Positions 8,406-17,603 of a DNA stretch of 32,000 nt are shown here, one piece after another. Location: contig NZ_CP011034.1 in assembly GCF_001465295.1 (NCBI RefSeq), positions 1,830,001-1,862,000 on the forward strand. Reading direction: 5' to 3'. Source of the DNA: Pseudoalteromonas translucida KMM 520 (GTDB lineage Bacteria > Pseudomonadota > Gammaproteobacteria > Enterobacterales > Alteromonadaceae). Made by a program: the position numbers and the translations under genes. The notes below the pieces were generated by a model that was not told the origin of the DNA, searched no databases, and saw only the letters and a program-made list of their open reading frames with translations. The first letter of the stretch is position 1; every line of letters starts with the position of its first letter.

Positions 8406-11400
8406 TTAGCTCAACCACGTAATAAGCTTGTCTTTTAACGTTTGCGGCTTAATTGGTTTGGTAATGTAGTCGTTCATACCTGCAGCTAAACAACGCTCTC
8501 TGTCGCCTTCCATCGCACTTGCTGTCATCGCAATGATAGGCACATGAATATATTCTATTCCTGCTTTGGCGTTTCTAATTTCGCTAGTGGTATCGTAGCC
8601 ATTTAAATTAGGCATTTGGCAATCCATTAAAATAACGTTAAAAGGTTGCTGTTTATTACTCTTTAACGCCTCTAAGGCTTCAAGACCGTCAGATGCACAG
8701 GTAATTTTAACTTTAGTGTGCTTTAAAATCGCTTTAGCCACTTCTATGTTGATCATATTATCGTCAACTAAAAGCACATGATAAGTCGATAAATCAGCAT
8801 CTACAGGCTCTTCAATTAAGCTCTTTGGTGGGGTAATAACAAACTCACTGCTGGCACCAAATAAACTCGCTAATTTGTAGCTAAATTCATCTTGGGTAAG
8901 CGGTTTATTTAAAATATGTAGATGATCAGGAAATACTTTTTTCGATTGTTTGTTCATCACCATATCACGCAAAATTAGTACATATTTTTTATCGTACTGT
9001 TTGCAAAAGCTAATCAGAGCATTAACTTGTGGATGGTCGTCGTCAATAATTAATAAGTCCGCTTTAAACTCATCATGCTCACTAAAGTAATCTAACCTAA
9101 CAATATTACTTTTATCTACTTTACATGTTTGCAGTAATAAATCGCACACATTGTTATACACATTATCGCGTGCAATTAACGCAGCAACGTCAATACTGGT
9201 TGCAAGCTCAATACCAGTATTTAGCTTTTTCTGGGGGGCTACATGCAGCTCAACAGTTGCAGTAAAGGTGCTCCCTACCCCTTTTTCGCTTGTTAGTGAT
9301 ATATTACCGCCCATTAATTGCGCTAGCTTTTTACAAATTGATAAACCCAAGCCGGTACCGCCAAAATGGCGTGTGGTGCTTGAATCTTCTTGGGTAAACA
9401 CTTCAAATAGTTTATCTATATTTTCAGCTGCTATGCCAATTCCAGTGTCTTTAACCGCAAAACTCATCTGTAATTTAGTATCGGTAATGTATTTAGAGCC
9501 TATGGTTAAGCTAACTTCACCTTTGTGAGTAAACTTAAAAGCATTATTAACCAAATTAATTAAAATTTGCTTAAGGCGATGGCTGTCACCTACGACCATA
9601 CGATCAACAATATTGTGGGTGTGTAAAAATACTTCAAGCCCTTTGCGTTGCCCTTGTAGCGCTAATGAGTTAATCATATCGCTGCACACGGTAACAACAT
9701 CAAAGCTGTGATTGTCAATATCGAGCTTACCCGCTTCTATTTTCGAAAAATCTAAAATATCATTAATTAAATTCATTAAAGAATTAGCACTGCTATTGGC
9801 GAGCTTTAAATAATGATGCTGTTGCTCTGATAAGCCATCTTCTTTAAGCATTTCTAGCATACCTAATACGCCGTTCATAGGGGTGCGTATTTCGTGAGAA
9901 ATATTAGCTACAAAGTCACTTTTAGCTTGGCTTGCTGCTAATGCTTCATCTATTGCGCGTTCAAGCTCTCGGGTTCTTTGCGAAACTTTAAGCTCTAAAG
10001 TGGTATTAACTCCCTCAAGTTCAGCTTGAATGTTTTTAAGCGAACTTATGTCTCTTAAAATAGCCGCAACTTGATAACGCTCATTAAACACATCATAAAT
10101 ACTGCTTAGGGTTATTGAGTAGTAGTATTTATTGCCCGAACTGTCGGTGTGCATGGCTTCAAAGGGCATTTTAGAGCCATTTTTAATGGTTTCTCTTATG
10201 CATTGCTCATCTTCTTCATTTAAAGTAAATAAAGAAATAAAATTAACGTTATCACTCTCTAATATATCGCCAAACACTTGTTTAGCGGTGTTATTAAATT
10301 GCACCACTTTACCCGACTCTGAAATACTAAAAATAGCATCTAAGGAGTTTTCTATTACTCTGTTATTTTGCTCTTTTAACGAGTGAATAAGTAACTTTCG
10401 GTTTATAAAACGCTGATACAGCATAGTCATAGCTAAAAACACACCAAAAAATACAGCTAATGTAGTAATAAAGCTTTGGCGTCTCTCGCTCACTTTTGCT
10501 AATAATGTTTGCGTATCTACACTCACGGCAAGCTCAAGGGGCAGCATGGCAATATCATTACCAAAATAAATACGCTTTTGTAGTGTGTATTGTTGTGGGT
10601 AGTTGTTTAACGGCAGCGTTTTGTCTGCGGCCATATTTTGCGCGCCAACAGACTCTTGCTCCCAGGTTCTGCTTTTATTAAATTCAAACCCAAAGCGCAG
10701 CTCAGGGTTTGGATGATACAAAAACTCACCTTGGTTATTCATTAAGTAAATTGCAGTACCTTGCGGAGACTCAAAAGTGAGGCTTTTAAATAGTTGCTCT
10801 GCATAATAATTAGTAACTAAAACCGCAGAAACCTGTTTGTTTTTGTCAAATACGGGTTTTGCTACCCGAAAGGTACTGATATAAGGCTGCTGAATTTTAC
10901 CATTTTCACGGTTGTAATTTATTGGCGAAATATAAACAGTGTGCTCATCAAGCATACTGGTTTTAATAACGTAATCTCGTTGGCCTTTTTGTTGTAATTG
11001 CTCGCCTTCGAGTATGGTAATTTTGCCTTGCTCGGTACGATCAACCCTTACGACTTCTTGCCCGCCTTCTGCTAACATTATATAACGCGCTTGTAATATG
11101 CTTTCGTCGGTGCGCATAAAGCCAGAAAATATACTCGCTAAGCGATTTTTCCAAATAGCCATAGGCGTTGCAGATGCTGGATCTGACAATTGATTTTCAC
11201 TAACACGTGATATTGCTTTTATAGGTGGGGTTGCGTCTAAGAATCGAATGGCATTAACGCTGTCGGTAAAGTGTTTTTTTAACGATACTGTTTTAGTTTC
11301 GAGTTCGCGTTTTAGCTCTATTTGCGCCGTGTGATAAATTTCACTTCTTACTTTTTGCTCAAATATATACATTGAAGGCAACGCAATGATTATAAAAATC

Positions 11401-11465
11401 ATTACGGCAAAAAGTATTAGCTTATTACTTTTTGCAACTCTAGATAAAAAATTTCGTTTTAACAT
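8406..11465 (-). CDS. Hybrid sensor histidine kinase/response regulator
   Basis: 1019 aa. There are two predicted TM segments (about aa 16-36 and 331-350) flanking a ~300-aa periplasmic domain. A PAS-like region follows, then the H-box SHEIRTPMNG and an ATPase domain with N/G boxes (NLVNNAFKFT, DTGIGI, GGTGLGLSI). A divergent receiver-like segment (about aa 757-870) precedes a canonical C-terminal receiver (LLVDDN...ILMDCQMP...TKP). Confidence 0.9.
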   Translation of the reverse strand: MLKRNFLSRVAKSNKLILFAVMIFIIIALPSMYIFEQKVRSEIYHTAQIELKRELETKTVSLKKHFTDSVNAIRFLDATPPIKAISRVSENQLSDPASATPMAIWKNRLASIFSGFMRTDESILQARYIMLAEGGQEVVRVDRTEQGKITILEGEQLQQKGQRDYVIKTSMLDEHTVYISPINYNRENGKIQQPYISTFRVAKPVFDKNKQVSAVLVTNYYAEQLFKSLTFESPQGTAIYLMNNQGEFLYHPNPELRFGFEFNKSRTWEQESVGAQNMAADKTLPLNNYPQQYTLQKRIYFGNDIAMLPLELAVSVDTQTLLAKVSERRQSFITTLAVFFGVFLAMTMLYQRFINRKLLIHSLKEQNNRVIENSLDAIFSISESGKVVQFNNTAKQVFGDILESDNVNFISLFTLNEEDEQCIRETIKNGSKMPFEAMHTDSSGNKYYYSITLSSIYDVFNERYQVAAILRDISSLKNIQAELEGVNTTLELKVSQRTRELERAIDEALAASQAKSDFVANISHEIRTPMNGVLGMLEMLKEDGLSEQQHHYLKLANSSANSLMNLINDILDFSKIEAGKLDIDNHSFDVVTVCSDMINSLALQGQRKGLEVFLHTHNIVDRMVVGDSHRLKQILINLVNNAFKFTHKGEVSLTIGSKYITDTKLQMSFAVKDTGIGIAAENIDKLFEVFTQEDSSTTRHFGGTGLGLSICKKLAQLMGGNISLTSEKGVGSTFTATVELHVAPQKKLNTGIELATSIDVAALIARDNVYNNVCDLLLQTCKVDKSNIVRLDYFSEHDEFKADLLIIDDDHPQVNALISFCKQYDKKYVLILRDMVMNKQSKKVFPDHLHILNKPLTQDEFSYKLASLFGASSEFVITPPKSLIEEPVDADLSTYHVLLVDDNMINIEVAKAILKHTKVKITCASDGLEALEALKSNKQQPFNVILMDCQMPNLNGYDTTSEIRNAKAGIEYIHVPIIAMTASAMEGDRERCLAAGMNDYITKPIKPQTLKDKLITWLS

Positions 11466-11640
11466 TTACTATTACCTACACTATTGTACTTATAAGTAGT
11501 CTAGATTGAGAAACAATAAACCTCAAAATTAATTACTTACCTCTTTTATTTGCAATAAAGAGTGCCAAATTATGACGTGCATTCTACCACTACCATTGCT
11601 CTTAATGAAATAAACTAAACGCTATTAATATTTTTTAAAA

Positions 11641-11667
11641 ATGAAAAAAGGCAGCGAGTGCTGCCTT
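11641..11667 (-). terminator. Terminator after natB
   Basis: aaggcagc-gagt-gctgcctt is followed on the minus strand by tttttt. Confidence 0.75.
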
Positions 11668-11692
11668 CAAAACTTAAACCTTTGTCTATTTA

Positions 11693-12904
11693 CTATCTAA
11701 ATAGCACATCTTCGCGGTTAAACCATTTAACGCAAAAAGCTAATAAAATACCGGCAATAATAGCTGTAGCTAAAAATATTAGCCCTATTAGCGTGTAATC
11801 TACTGTGCCTTTAACTATTTCTTTAATTGCTAACGCTACATTAGTAACAGGAATAAACGCTGTTTTAACAGTCAGTTCCACATTTGGCATTAAAGCAATT
11901 ATTACCGGAAAAATAACGCCCATAGATAACGGTGTCATGTAGTTTTGCGCTTCTTTAAAGGTACGTGCATATATTGAAATAGCTAACGCTAACGCAGAAA
12001 ATATAGCCGCCAGTGGTAACAGTAATACAAAAATCATTAATAAATCAGAAACGGCTAAGCTACTAAATGCAACTTTAATAAATTCAAGATCCGCAAAAGT
12101 AATCGCCAAGGCTATCCATATTCCCATACTCAGCACAGTAATGGTTGTAGAGGCAATCGAAGTAGTTAAAAGGGTAATAAACTTACCTAAAACAAGTTGC
12201 GTACGAGTGATAGGTGTTAACAATAATGTCTCTAGGGTGCCACGTTCTTTTTCGCCTGCCCCTAAGTCAATGGCTGGGTAAGTTGCTCCCATTAATACTA
12301 AAGGCACTAATAAGTACGGTAAAAAACCGCCTATTTTTTCACCTAAGTTTTCACGTTTATCGGCGGTATCTACTTTTACAACTTCAATTGGTTCAAGTAT
12401 TGCTTTTTGCGTTGCTTCGTCAATGCCAAAACTAAGCAGCTTTTGCACTTGTAACGCATCGCTGTATTCTTGCGCTAGCTCTTTCACCCGCTGAAACAAA
12501 AAGTTAATAGACTTAGCGTCGTTAAACACTACCTGCCATTTACTTTGCTGTGCATTATTTAACGTTTGCTGTGCATTGCTTGGTAAATAAATGCCCATAT
12601 CAATATCGCCAGCAATCACTGCGGCTTTAAGCTGGGCAACACTATTAAAGGTTTTAGTGCCTTTATACTGCTCAAAACTTTTATGGTAAAACACTTTGTC
12701 GGTAAACTCTGGCGCATAGTCGCCGTTTACAATAGCGTAGGTATTTACTTTTTGTTCTGCATCCATAGCTGCTTGTGCGCTAATAAAGGCAACAACGGCA
12801 AAAATAAGTGGGAACACTGCAACTGGCACAGCCACTACAAATATGAGCGTTTTTTTATCGCGTAGTAACTCTCTTAATTCCTTTTTAAATACTTCAAACA
12901 TCAC
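11693..12904 (-). CDS. natB: ABC-2 type transporter permease (NatB-like)
   Basis: It has an N-terminal TM segment, a large extracytoplasmic loop and a C-terminal cluster of about 5 TM segments. The N-terminus MFEVFKKELRELLRDKKTL is typical of NatB/ABC-2 permeases. The track start is a GTG at 12904 and the ATG at 12901 is equally likely. The gene overlaps the end of natA. Confidence 0.8.
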   Translation of the reverse strand: MMFEVFKKELRELLRDKKTLIFVVAVPVAVFPLIFAVVAFISAQAAMDAEQKVNTYAIVNGDYAPEFTDKVFYHKSFEQYKGTKTFNSVAQLKAAVIAGDIDMGIYLPSNAQQTLNNAQQSKWQVVFNDAKSINFLFQRVKELAQEYSDALQVQKLLSFGIDEATQKAILEPIEVVKVDTADKRENLGEKIGGFLPYLLVPLVLMGATYPAIDLGAGEKERGTLETLLLTPITRTQLVLGKFITLLTTSIASTTITVLSMGIWIALAITFADLEFIKVAFSSLAVSDLLMIFVLLLPLAAIFSALALAISIYARTFKEAQNYMTPLSMGVIFPVIIALMPNVELTVKTAFIPVTNVALAIKEIVKGTVDYTLIGLIFLATAIIAGILLAFCVKWFNREDVLFR

Positions 12905-13682
12905 GTTTCTCCGTTAATATGTTCATAAACGCTTGGTTAAGTTCTTCACTGTTACCTGTTTGTTTAAATTCTTCTACAGTGCCATCAAAACAGCTTACGC
13001 CTTCGTTAATCACTGCTACGCGGTCGCACAGTAAAGCAACTTCATCGAGGTGGTGCGTTGAAAAAATAACCGGTGTGCCTTGCGCTTTTAAACCTTTTAT
13101 AAAGTTAATTACCGTTTGTGTGGTCATAATATCTAACCCGGTCGTTGGCTCATCTAAAACCACTACAGCAGGATAATGCACTACTGCACGGGCAATATTG
13201 GCTTTTTGTTTCATTCCGGTTGAGAGGTTTTCGGCACGCTTATCTATAAATTTGTGCATATCGAGCAAGGTAAATAGCTCTTCGCAGCGGGTTGCAATAT
13301 CTTTTTTGCTCATGCCATGGAGTTTTGCAAAGTATTCGATGTTTTCTTTTACGGTTAAACGCCCGTATAAGCCGGTTGAACCCGATAAAAACCCAATTGA
13401 TTTACGCCCCAGTAATGGCTTTTTTATTATGTCGTTACCGGCAATGGTAATACTGCCTGCATCGGGTTTTAAAGCGGTAGAAATCATTCTTAACGTGGTG
13501 GTTTTACCTGCGCCATTTGGTCCTAACAGTCCAAGTACTTCGCCTTTTGCACAACGAAAGCTAACATTTCTAACTGAATGAAAATAATCTTTATCTTCGC
13601 GCGGGTCTATTTCATCTACTTTGTTTTTTTTATGATCTTTAGTTAGCTTAAATTTCTTTTTAAGGCCAATAACTTCTATCAT
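12894..13682 (-). CDS. natA: ABC transporter ATP-binding protein (NatA-like)
   Basis: It carries Walker A GPNGAGKTT, the signature LSTGMKQK, Walker B VVVLDEPTTGLD and the H-loop STHH. Confidence 0.88.
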   Translation of the reverse strand: MIEVIGLKKKFKLTKDHKKNKVDEIDPREDKDYFHSVRNVSFRCAKGEVLGLLGPNGAGKTTTLRMISTALKPDAGSITIAGNDIIKKPLLGRKSIGFLSGSTGLYGRLTVKENIEYFAKLHGMSKKDIATRCEELFTLLDMHKFIDKRAENLSTGMKQKANIARAVVHYPAVVVLDEPTTGLDIMTTQTVINFIKGLKAQGTPVIFSTHHLDEVALLCDRVAVINEGVSCFDGTVEEFKQTGNSEELNQAFMNILTEKRDV

Positions 13683-14491
13683 GTTCGTATCCTTCGTTTT
13701 TCTCTAAAGTAATCCGTATTATTATAAAAAGTGTCGTCGGTGTTGTCCTCATGCCACCCCGGAACACCTAGTAGTGGTAAAGGTGAAAGGAGTTTATTGT
13801 CGGCTAAACACTGATCAGTTTTTATCATCTCATAAAGTCTTTGATCTAGGTACTGGTATTGGGTAACTAAATCTTTACAAAATATTTCATCGGGCACAGT
13901 TACAAACAACGCTTTACCCGTTAAGCCAATATAGGGTTTAGTTAACATTTCGTAATTTGCATGGCCAAACATAAATGGCTTGATGGTTTTTCCCCACTGC
14001 GCTTTATGCTCAACAAACGCTGTTTTCCATTGATGATCGCGCAGCCACTGTTGCCATTGGGTATTGCTAATAGCCAATACAACACCGCATTCGTCAAACA
14101 AGGTTAGTGCATTGCGATGTTTGGTACGCTTTTTTGTGCCATGTACTGCAATATCTGCTACGTGGCGTTGATTAATGAGCGCTTTGGTTTTAGGAAATAA
14201 ACACCAAATAAAGCCACCAAATAAGTCGTGCCAATTTTCAGCACGCGTAGGCACCTGCCCTGTTTCAAAAATAACTTGCTCGTAATAACGCTCAGCAAAG
14301 TCTATTTTTGCATCATCGACAAAGCTAATGGCCAAGTTATTGGCATTAATTGCGTTTAAGTGTGGGCTAAACCAGCTAGGCAGAGGCCATTTTTTTAGCT
14401 CATGTATATTAAACAACGTACGCAAATGCTCAAAAGCGCCGCTTTGTAAGCAGCTTGGCTGAAATTCTTCTGGGGGAGTAAAACGCTTCAT
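13679..14491 (-). CDS. Conserved hypothetical protein, DUF3025-like
   Basis: 270 aa with no TM segment or signal peptide. The motif NWHDLFGGFIWCLFPKTKALINQRH matches my memory of DUF3025 proteins, and that assignment is from recall only. Its stop overlaps the natA start as ATGA. Confidence 0.55.
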   Translation of the reverse strand: MKRFTPPEEFQPSCLQSGAFEHLRTLFNIHELKKWPLPSWFSPHLNAINANNLAISFVDDAKIDFAERYYEQVIFETGQVPTRAENWHDLFGGFIWCLFPKTKALINQRHVADIAVHGTKKRTKHRNALTLFDECGVVLAISNTQWQQWLRDHQWKTAFVEHKAQWGKTIKPFMFGHANYEMLTKPYIGLTGKALFVTVPDEIFCKDLVTQYQYLDQRLYEMIKTDQCLADNKLLSPLPLLGVPGWHEDNTDDTFYNNTDYFREKRRIRT

Positions 14492-14607
14492 TATTATGTG
14501 TACTTACTAGTGTATACCTTAAATTTTGTAACAGTTTACCGCAAAAACTGGTTCTAATTAATAGAACTTCATATACTGGGTTATCTTAAAACAAAAATAG
14601 AGCCAAT

Positions 14608-16233
14608 ATGAAACGTTATTTCTCTCTTACCCTTATCACTGCTGCCGTATTAGCAGGCTGCGCTACAACCAGTATTACCTCAGATGATGTAACTAAGGGC
14701 TACAACAGTATTCAAGCTGATGAAATTGCTAAGCATGTAAAAGTGTTAGCATCGGATGAGTTTGGTGGCCGTGCCCCTTCATCGCCAGGCGAAAAGCTAA
14801 CGCTTGATTACCTAACTGCACAATTTAAAGCTTTGGGTTTAAAGCCAGGTAATGGCAACAGCTTTTTACAAGAGGTGCCGCTGGTTTCGCTTGAAGCGGA
14901 CTCAGACATGGTATTAAAAATTGGTGGTAAAGACTATCAATACAAAACAGACATGGTAATGGGCAGTAGTCGCATTAGCGAAAACCAAGCAATTGAAAAC
15001 TCTGAGCTTGTATTTGTTGGTTACGGTGTTAATGCACCAGAGTATAACTGGAACGATTACGAAGGCTTAGATGTTAAAGGCAAAACGGTAGTAATGCTGG
15101 TAAACGATCCGGGCTTTGCAACTAAAAACCCTGATTTATTCACCGGCGATGCCATGACCTATTATGGTCGTTGGACTTATAAATACGAAGAAGCGAGTCG
15201 TCAAGGCGCTGCGGGCGCAATTATTATTCACGAAACTGCACCTGCTTCATACCCTTGGTCGGTTGTTGAAAACTCGTGGAGCGGTGAGCAGTTTGGTTTT
15301 CAAAAAGAAAACAACAATATGGACCGTGTAGCCGTTGAAGGCTGGGTAACAACAGACGTAGCAAAAGAGCTGTTTAATAAAGCAGGGCTTGATTTTGATA
15401 CACTAAAGGCCAATGCTGCAAAAGGCGCTTACCACGTTGACATGGGCGATTTAACTGCCTCTATAAAGATAAAAAACACCATTAAAAAGTCTATCTCGTA
15501 TAACTTTATTGCCACTTTACCAGGCAGTGAAAAACCAGATGAACATGTTATTTATTCTGCACATTGGGATCACTTAGGCACTGATAAAAACCGCAAAGGG
15601 GATCAAATTTTTAATGGCGCGCACGATAATGCAACCGGTACGGCTGGTTTAATTGAAGTGGCTGAAGCCTTTACTAAATTACCTAAGCACCCTAGCCGTT
15701 CAATAACCTTTTTAGCGGTAACCGCTGAAGAACAAGGCTTATTAGGCTCAAAATATTATGCAGCTAACCCTGTTATTGCTGCCAATAAAACCGTTGCTAA
15801 CATTAATATGGACAGCTTAAATTTATTAGGCAAAGTAAAAGATATTAGCGTGGTAGGTATTGGTAAATCACAAATGGATGATTTATTAACAACGGTTGCG
15901 CTTGAACAAGGCAGAACAATATCTGGCGATCCTAATCCTTCTTCGGGTGGTTACTATCGCTCTGATCACTTTGCTTTTGCAAACATGGGCATTCCAGCCA
16001 TGTACGCAGGTGGTGGCACGCAAGCCTTTGACGAAGAAACTGCAAACTACCGTAAGCGTATGAGCTTAGTGCTGCGTGGTTGTTATCATCAACCATGTGA
16101 TCGCTACCGTGATGAATGGGATTTATCGGGCGCGGTGCAAGACCTACAATTATTTTATAAAGTAGGTTTTAATATTTCTGAGCAAGAGCAGTGGCCAACG
16201 TGGAACACTAACTCAGAGTTCCAACGTAAGTAA
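14608..16233 (+). CDS. M28 family zinc aminopeptidase with PA domain, lipoprotein
   Basis: It has a lipobox LAGC at the N-terminus and the metal-ligand motifs HWDHLG, GAHDNATGTAGLIEVAE, AEEQGLLGS and YHQPCD. Confidence 0.85.
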   Translation: MKRYFSLTLITAAVLAGCATTSITSDDVTKGYNSIQADEIAKHVKVLASDEFGGRAPSSPGEKLTLDYLTAQFKALGLKPGNGNSFLQEVPLVSLEADSDMVLKIGGKDYQYKTDMVMGSSRISENQAIENSELVFVGYGVNAPEYNWNDYEGLDVKGKTVVMLVNDPGFATKNPDLFTGDAMTYYGRWTYKYEEASRQGAAGAIIIHETAPASYPWSVVENSWSGEQFGFQKENNNMDRVAVEGWVTTDVAKELFNKAGLDFDTLKANAAKGAYHVDMGDLTASIKIKNTIKKSISYNFIATLPGSEKPDEHVIYSAHWDHLGTDKNRKGDQIFNGAHDNATGTAGLIEVAEAFTKLPKHPSRSITFLAVTAEEQGLLGSKYYAANPVIAANKTVANINMDSLNLLGKVKDISVVGIGKSQMDDLLTTVALEQGRTISGDPNPSSGGYYRSDHFAFANMGIPAMYAGGGTQAFDEETANYRKRMSLVLRGCYHQPCDRYRDEWDLSGAVQDLQLFYKVGFNISEQEQWPTWNTNSEFQRK

Positions 16234-16278
16234 TTTAATCTTATCTAATCGAAAAACTCAAACAGAGTAATTGGTACA

Positions 16279-16317
16279 ATTGCACCCAAATGATATTGAT
16301 TATCATTTGGGTGCAAT
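16279..16317. promoter_or_regulatory. 39-bp perfect palindrome (17-bp arms, 5-nt spacer) with a Fur-family-box-like core
   Basis: attgcacccaaatgata-ttgat-tatcatttgggtgcaat. The 19-mer at 16286-16304 matches the Fur consensus GATAATGATAATCATTATC at 14 of 19 positions by hand count. No T run follows. It overlaps a plausible sigma70 promoter (TTGATT 16296-16301, 17-nt spacer, TACAGT 16319-16324). Confidence 0.55.
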
Positions 16318-16354
16318 GTACAGTGTAGCTTAGTTACTTACTAGGCCGCACTTT

Positions 16355-17527
16355 ATGCAATTACTCTCACATAGTGGATTTATAACAGCCAATTCAAAAC
16401 GCTTTATGAGTCAAAACAAACGTTTATTATTACCACTATTTATATTAGTGTGTTTAGCCCTGCCTAATTTACGTACTATTACTATTACAGCCCTCAGTGA
16501 CGCGTTTTTTCAGGTCAGTGTTTTTGTAGCAGCTACTTTACTAATTTACTACTACGCTATAGCGCGCTTATCACAATTAGAGCTTAGTTATTTAAGTGCT
16601 AAATCGCCTATTTTAGAAGTTGCTTTTGCATCTGTACTCGGTGCATTACCAGGCTGTGGTGGTGCCATTATTGTTGTTACCCAATTTACAAAAGGCCAAG
16701 CCAGTTTTGGCGCCATTGTCGCGGTTTTAGCTGCAACAATGGGTGATGCGGCATTTTTACTACTTGCTACTCGCCCTACCGAAGGGGTAATTATTATGGG
16801 TATTGGCTTGGTTGTAGGAACTTTAAGCGGGTTGATAGTAAACGCTATTCATAAAAAAGACTTTTTACGAGCACTCCCACAACAGCGTAAACAACAAGTT
16901 ATACAGCTACCAACAGCTATTATAAAAATATCTAAGCCGGTATGGATGGTTGCTATTATTCCAAGCTTAATTATTGCTTTGTTAATCGCATTTAATGTTG
17001 ATTTTAACAAGTGGGATACTGAAATACCTACCATTATTAGCTTTTTTGGCGCTGCAATGGCGCTGTTTATTGTCAGTATTTGGGCGTATTCGTCTAAAGG
17101 AGAGAGCTATAAGGAAGTCACCGCAGAAGATGAAGCATGTAAGCGTAATCCTCCCTCTAATACTACCAAGGTATTACAAGACACTCATTTTGTAACTGCG
17201 TGGGTAGTGGCGTCATTTATGTTATTTGAAATATTAGTAAATGTGGTAGGACTTGATTTAAAAGCGTGGTTTTTACACTATGCGTATTTAGCGCCACTTA
17301 TAGCGGTATTAATCGGTTTTTTGCCCGGTTGTGGGCCACAAATAATTGTTACCACTTTGTATATTCAAGGTATTATTCCATTTAGTGCTTTAGCTGCGAA
17401 TGCTATTTCTAACGATGGCGATGCGCTGTTCCCAGCCATAGCAATGGCGCCAAAAGCTGCGATCATTGCAACTTTTTATACTGCAATACCGGCTTTAGCC
17501 GTGGGTTATGGTTTGTATTTTTGGTGA
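16355..17527 (+). CDS. Polytopic membrane permease with duplicated LPGCG motif (putative metal/manganese transporter family, ArsP_2-like)
   Basis: It has about 10 TM segments. Motifs GALPGCGGAIIVVT and GFLPGCGPQIIVTT occur in the N- and C-terminal halves. The family call is from recall. The start is uncertain (ATG at 16355 or 16406) and neither has a clear Shine-Dalgarno. Confidence 0.6.
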   Translation: MQLLSHSGFITANSKRFMSQNKRLLLPLFILVCLALPNLRTITITALSDAFFQVSVFVAATLLIYYYAIARLSQLELSYLSAKSPILEVAFASVLGALPGCGGAIIVVTQFTKGQASFGAIVAVLAATMGDAAFLLLATRPTEGVIIMGIGLVVGTLSGLIVNAIHKKDFLRALPQQRKQQVIQLPTAIIKISKPVWMVAIIPSLIIALLIAFNVDFNKWDTEIPTIISFFGAAMALFIVSIWAYSSKGESYKEVTAEDEACKRNPPSNTTKVLQDTHFVTAWVVASFMLFEILVNVVGLDLKAWFLHYAYLAPLIAVLIGFLPGCGPQIIVTTLYIQGIIPFSALAANAISNDGDALFPAIAMAPKAAIIATFYTAIPALAVGYGLYFW

Positions 17528-17555
17528 GTAAATAATACTTTTTTAATACAGGTGA

Positions 17556-17583
17556 CAAAAAACCAGCCGAAGCTGGTTTTTTA
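17556..17583. terminator. Bidirectional terminator between the permease gene and bkdB
   Basis: aaaaaaccagc-cgaa-gctggtttttt, with an A run and a T run flanking the stem. Confidence 0.8.
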
Positions 17584-17603
17584 TTAACTATAAGCGTGTA
17601 TGT

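Noticed and set aside
16234-16354. A possible yybP-ykoY (manganese) riboswitch upstream of the putative manganese transporter gene.
   Set aside because: The region is short, and I could not find the conserved GGGGAGUAG-type core or the four-helix arrangement. The dominant structure is the single long palindrome reported as a candidate operator.
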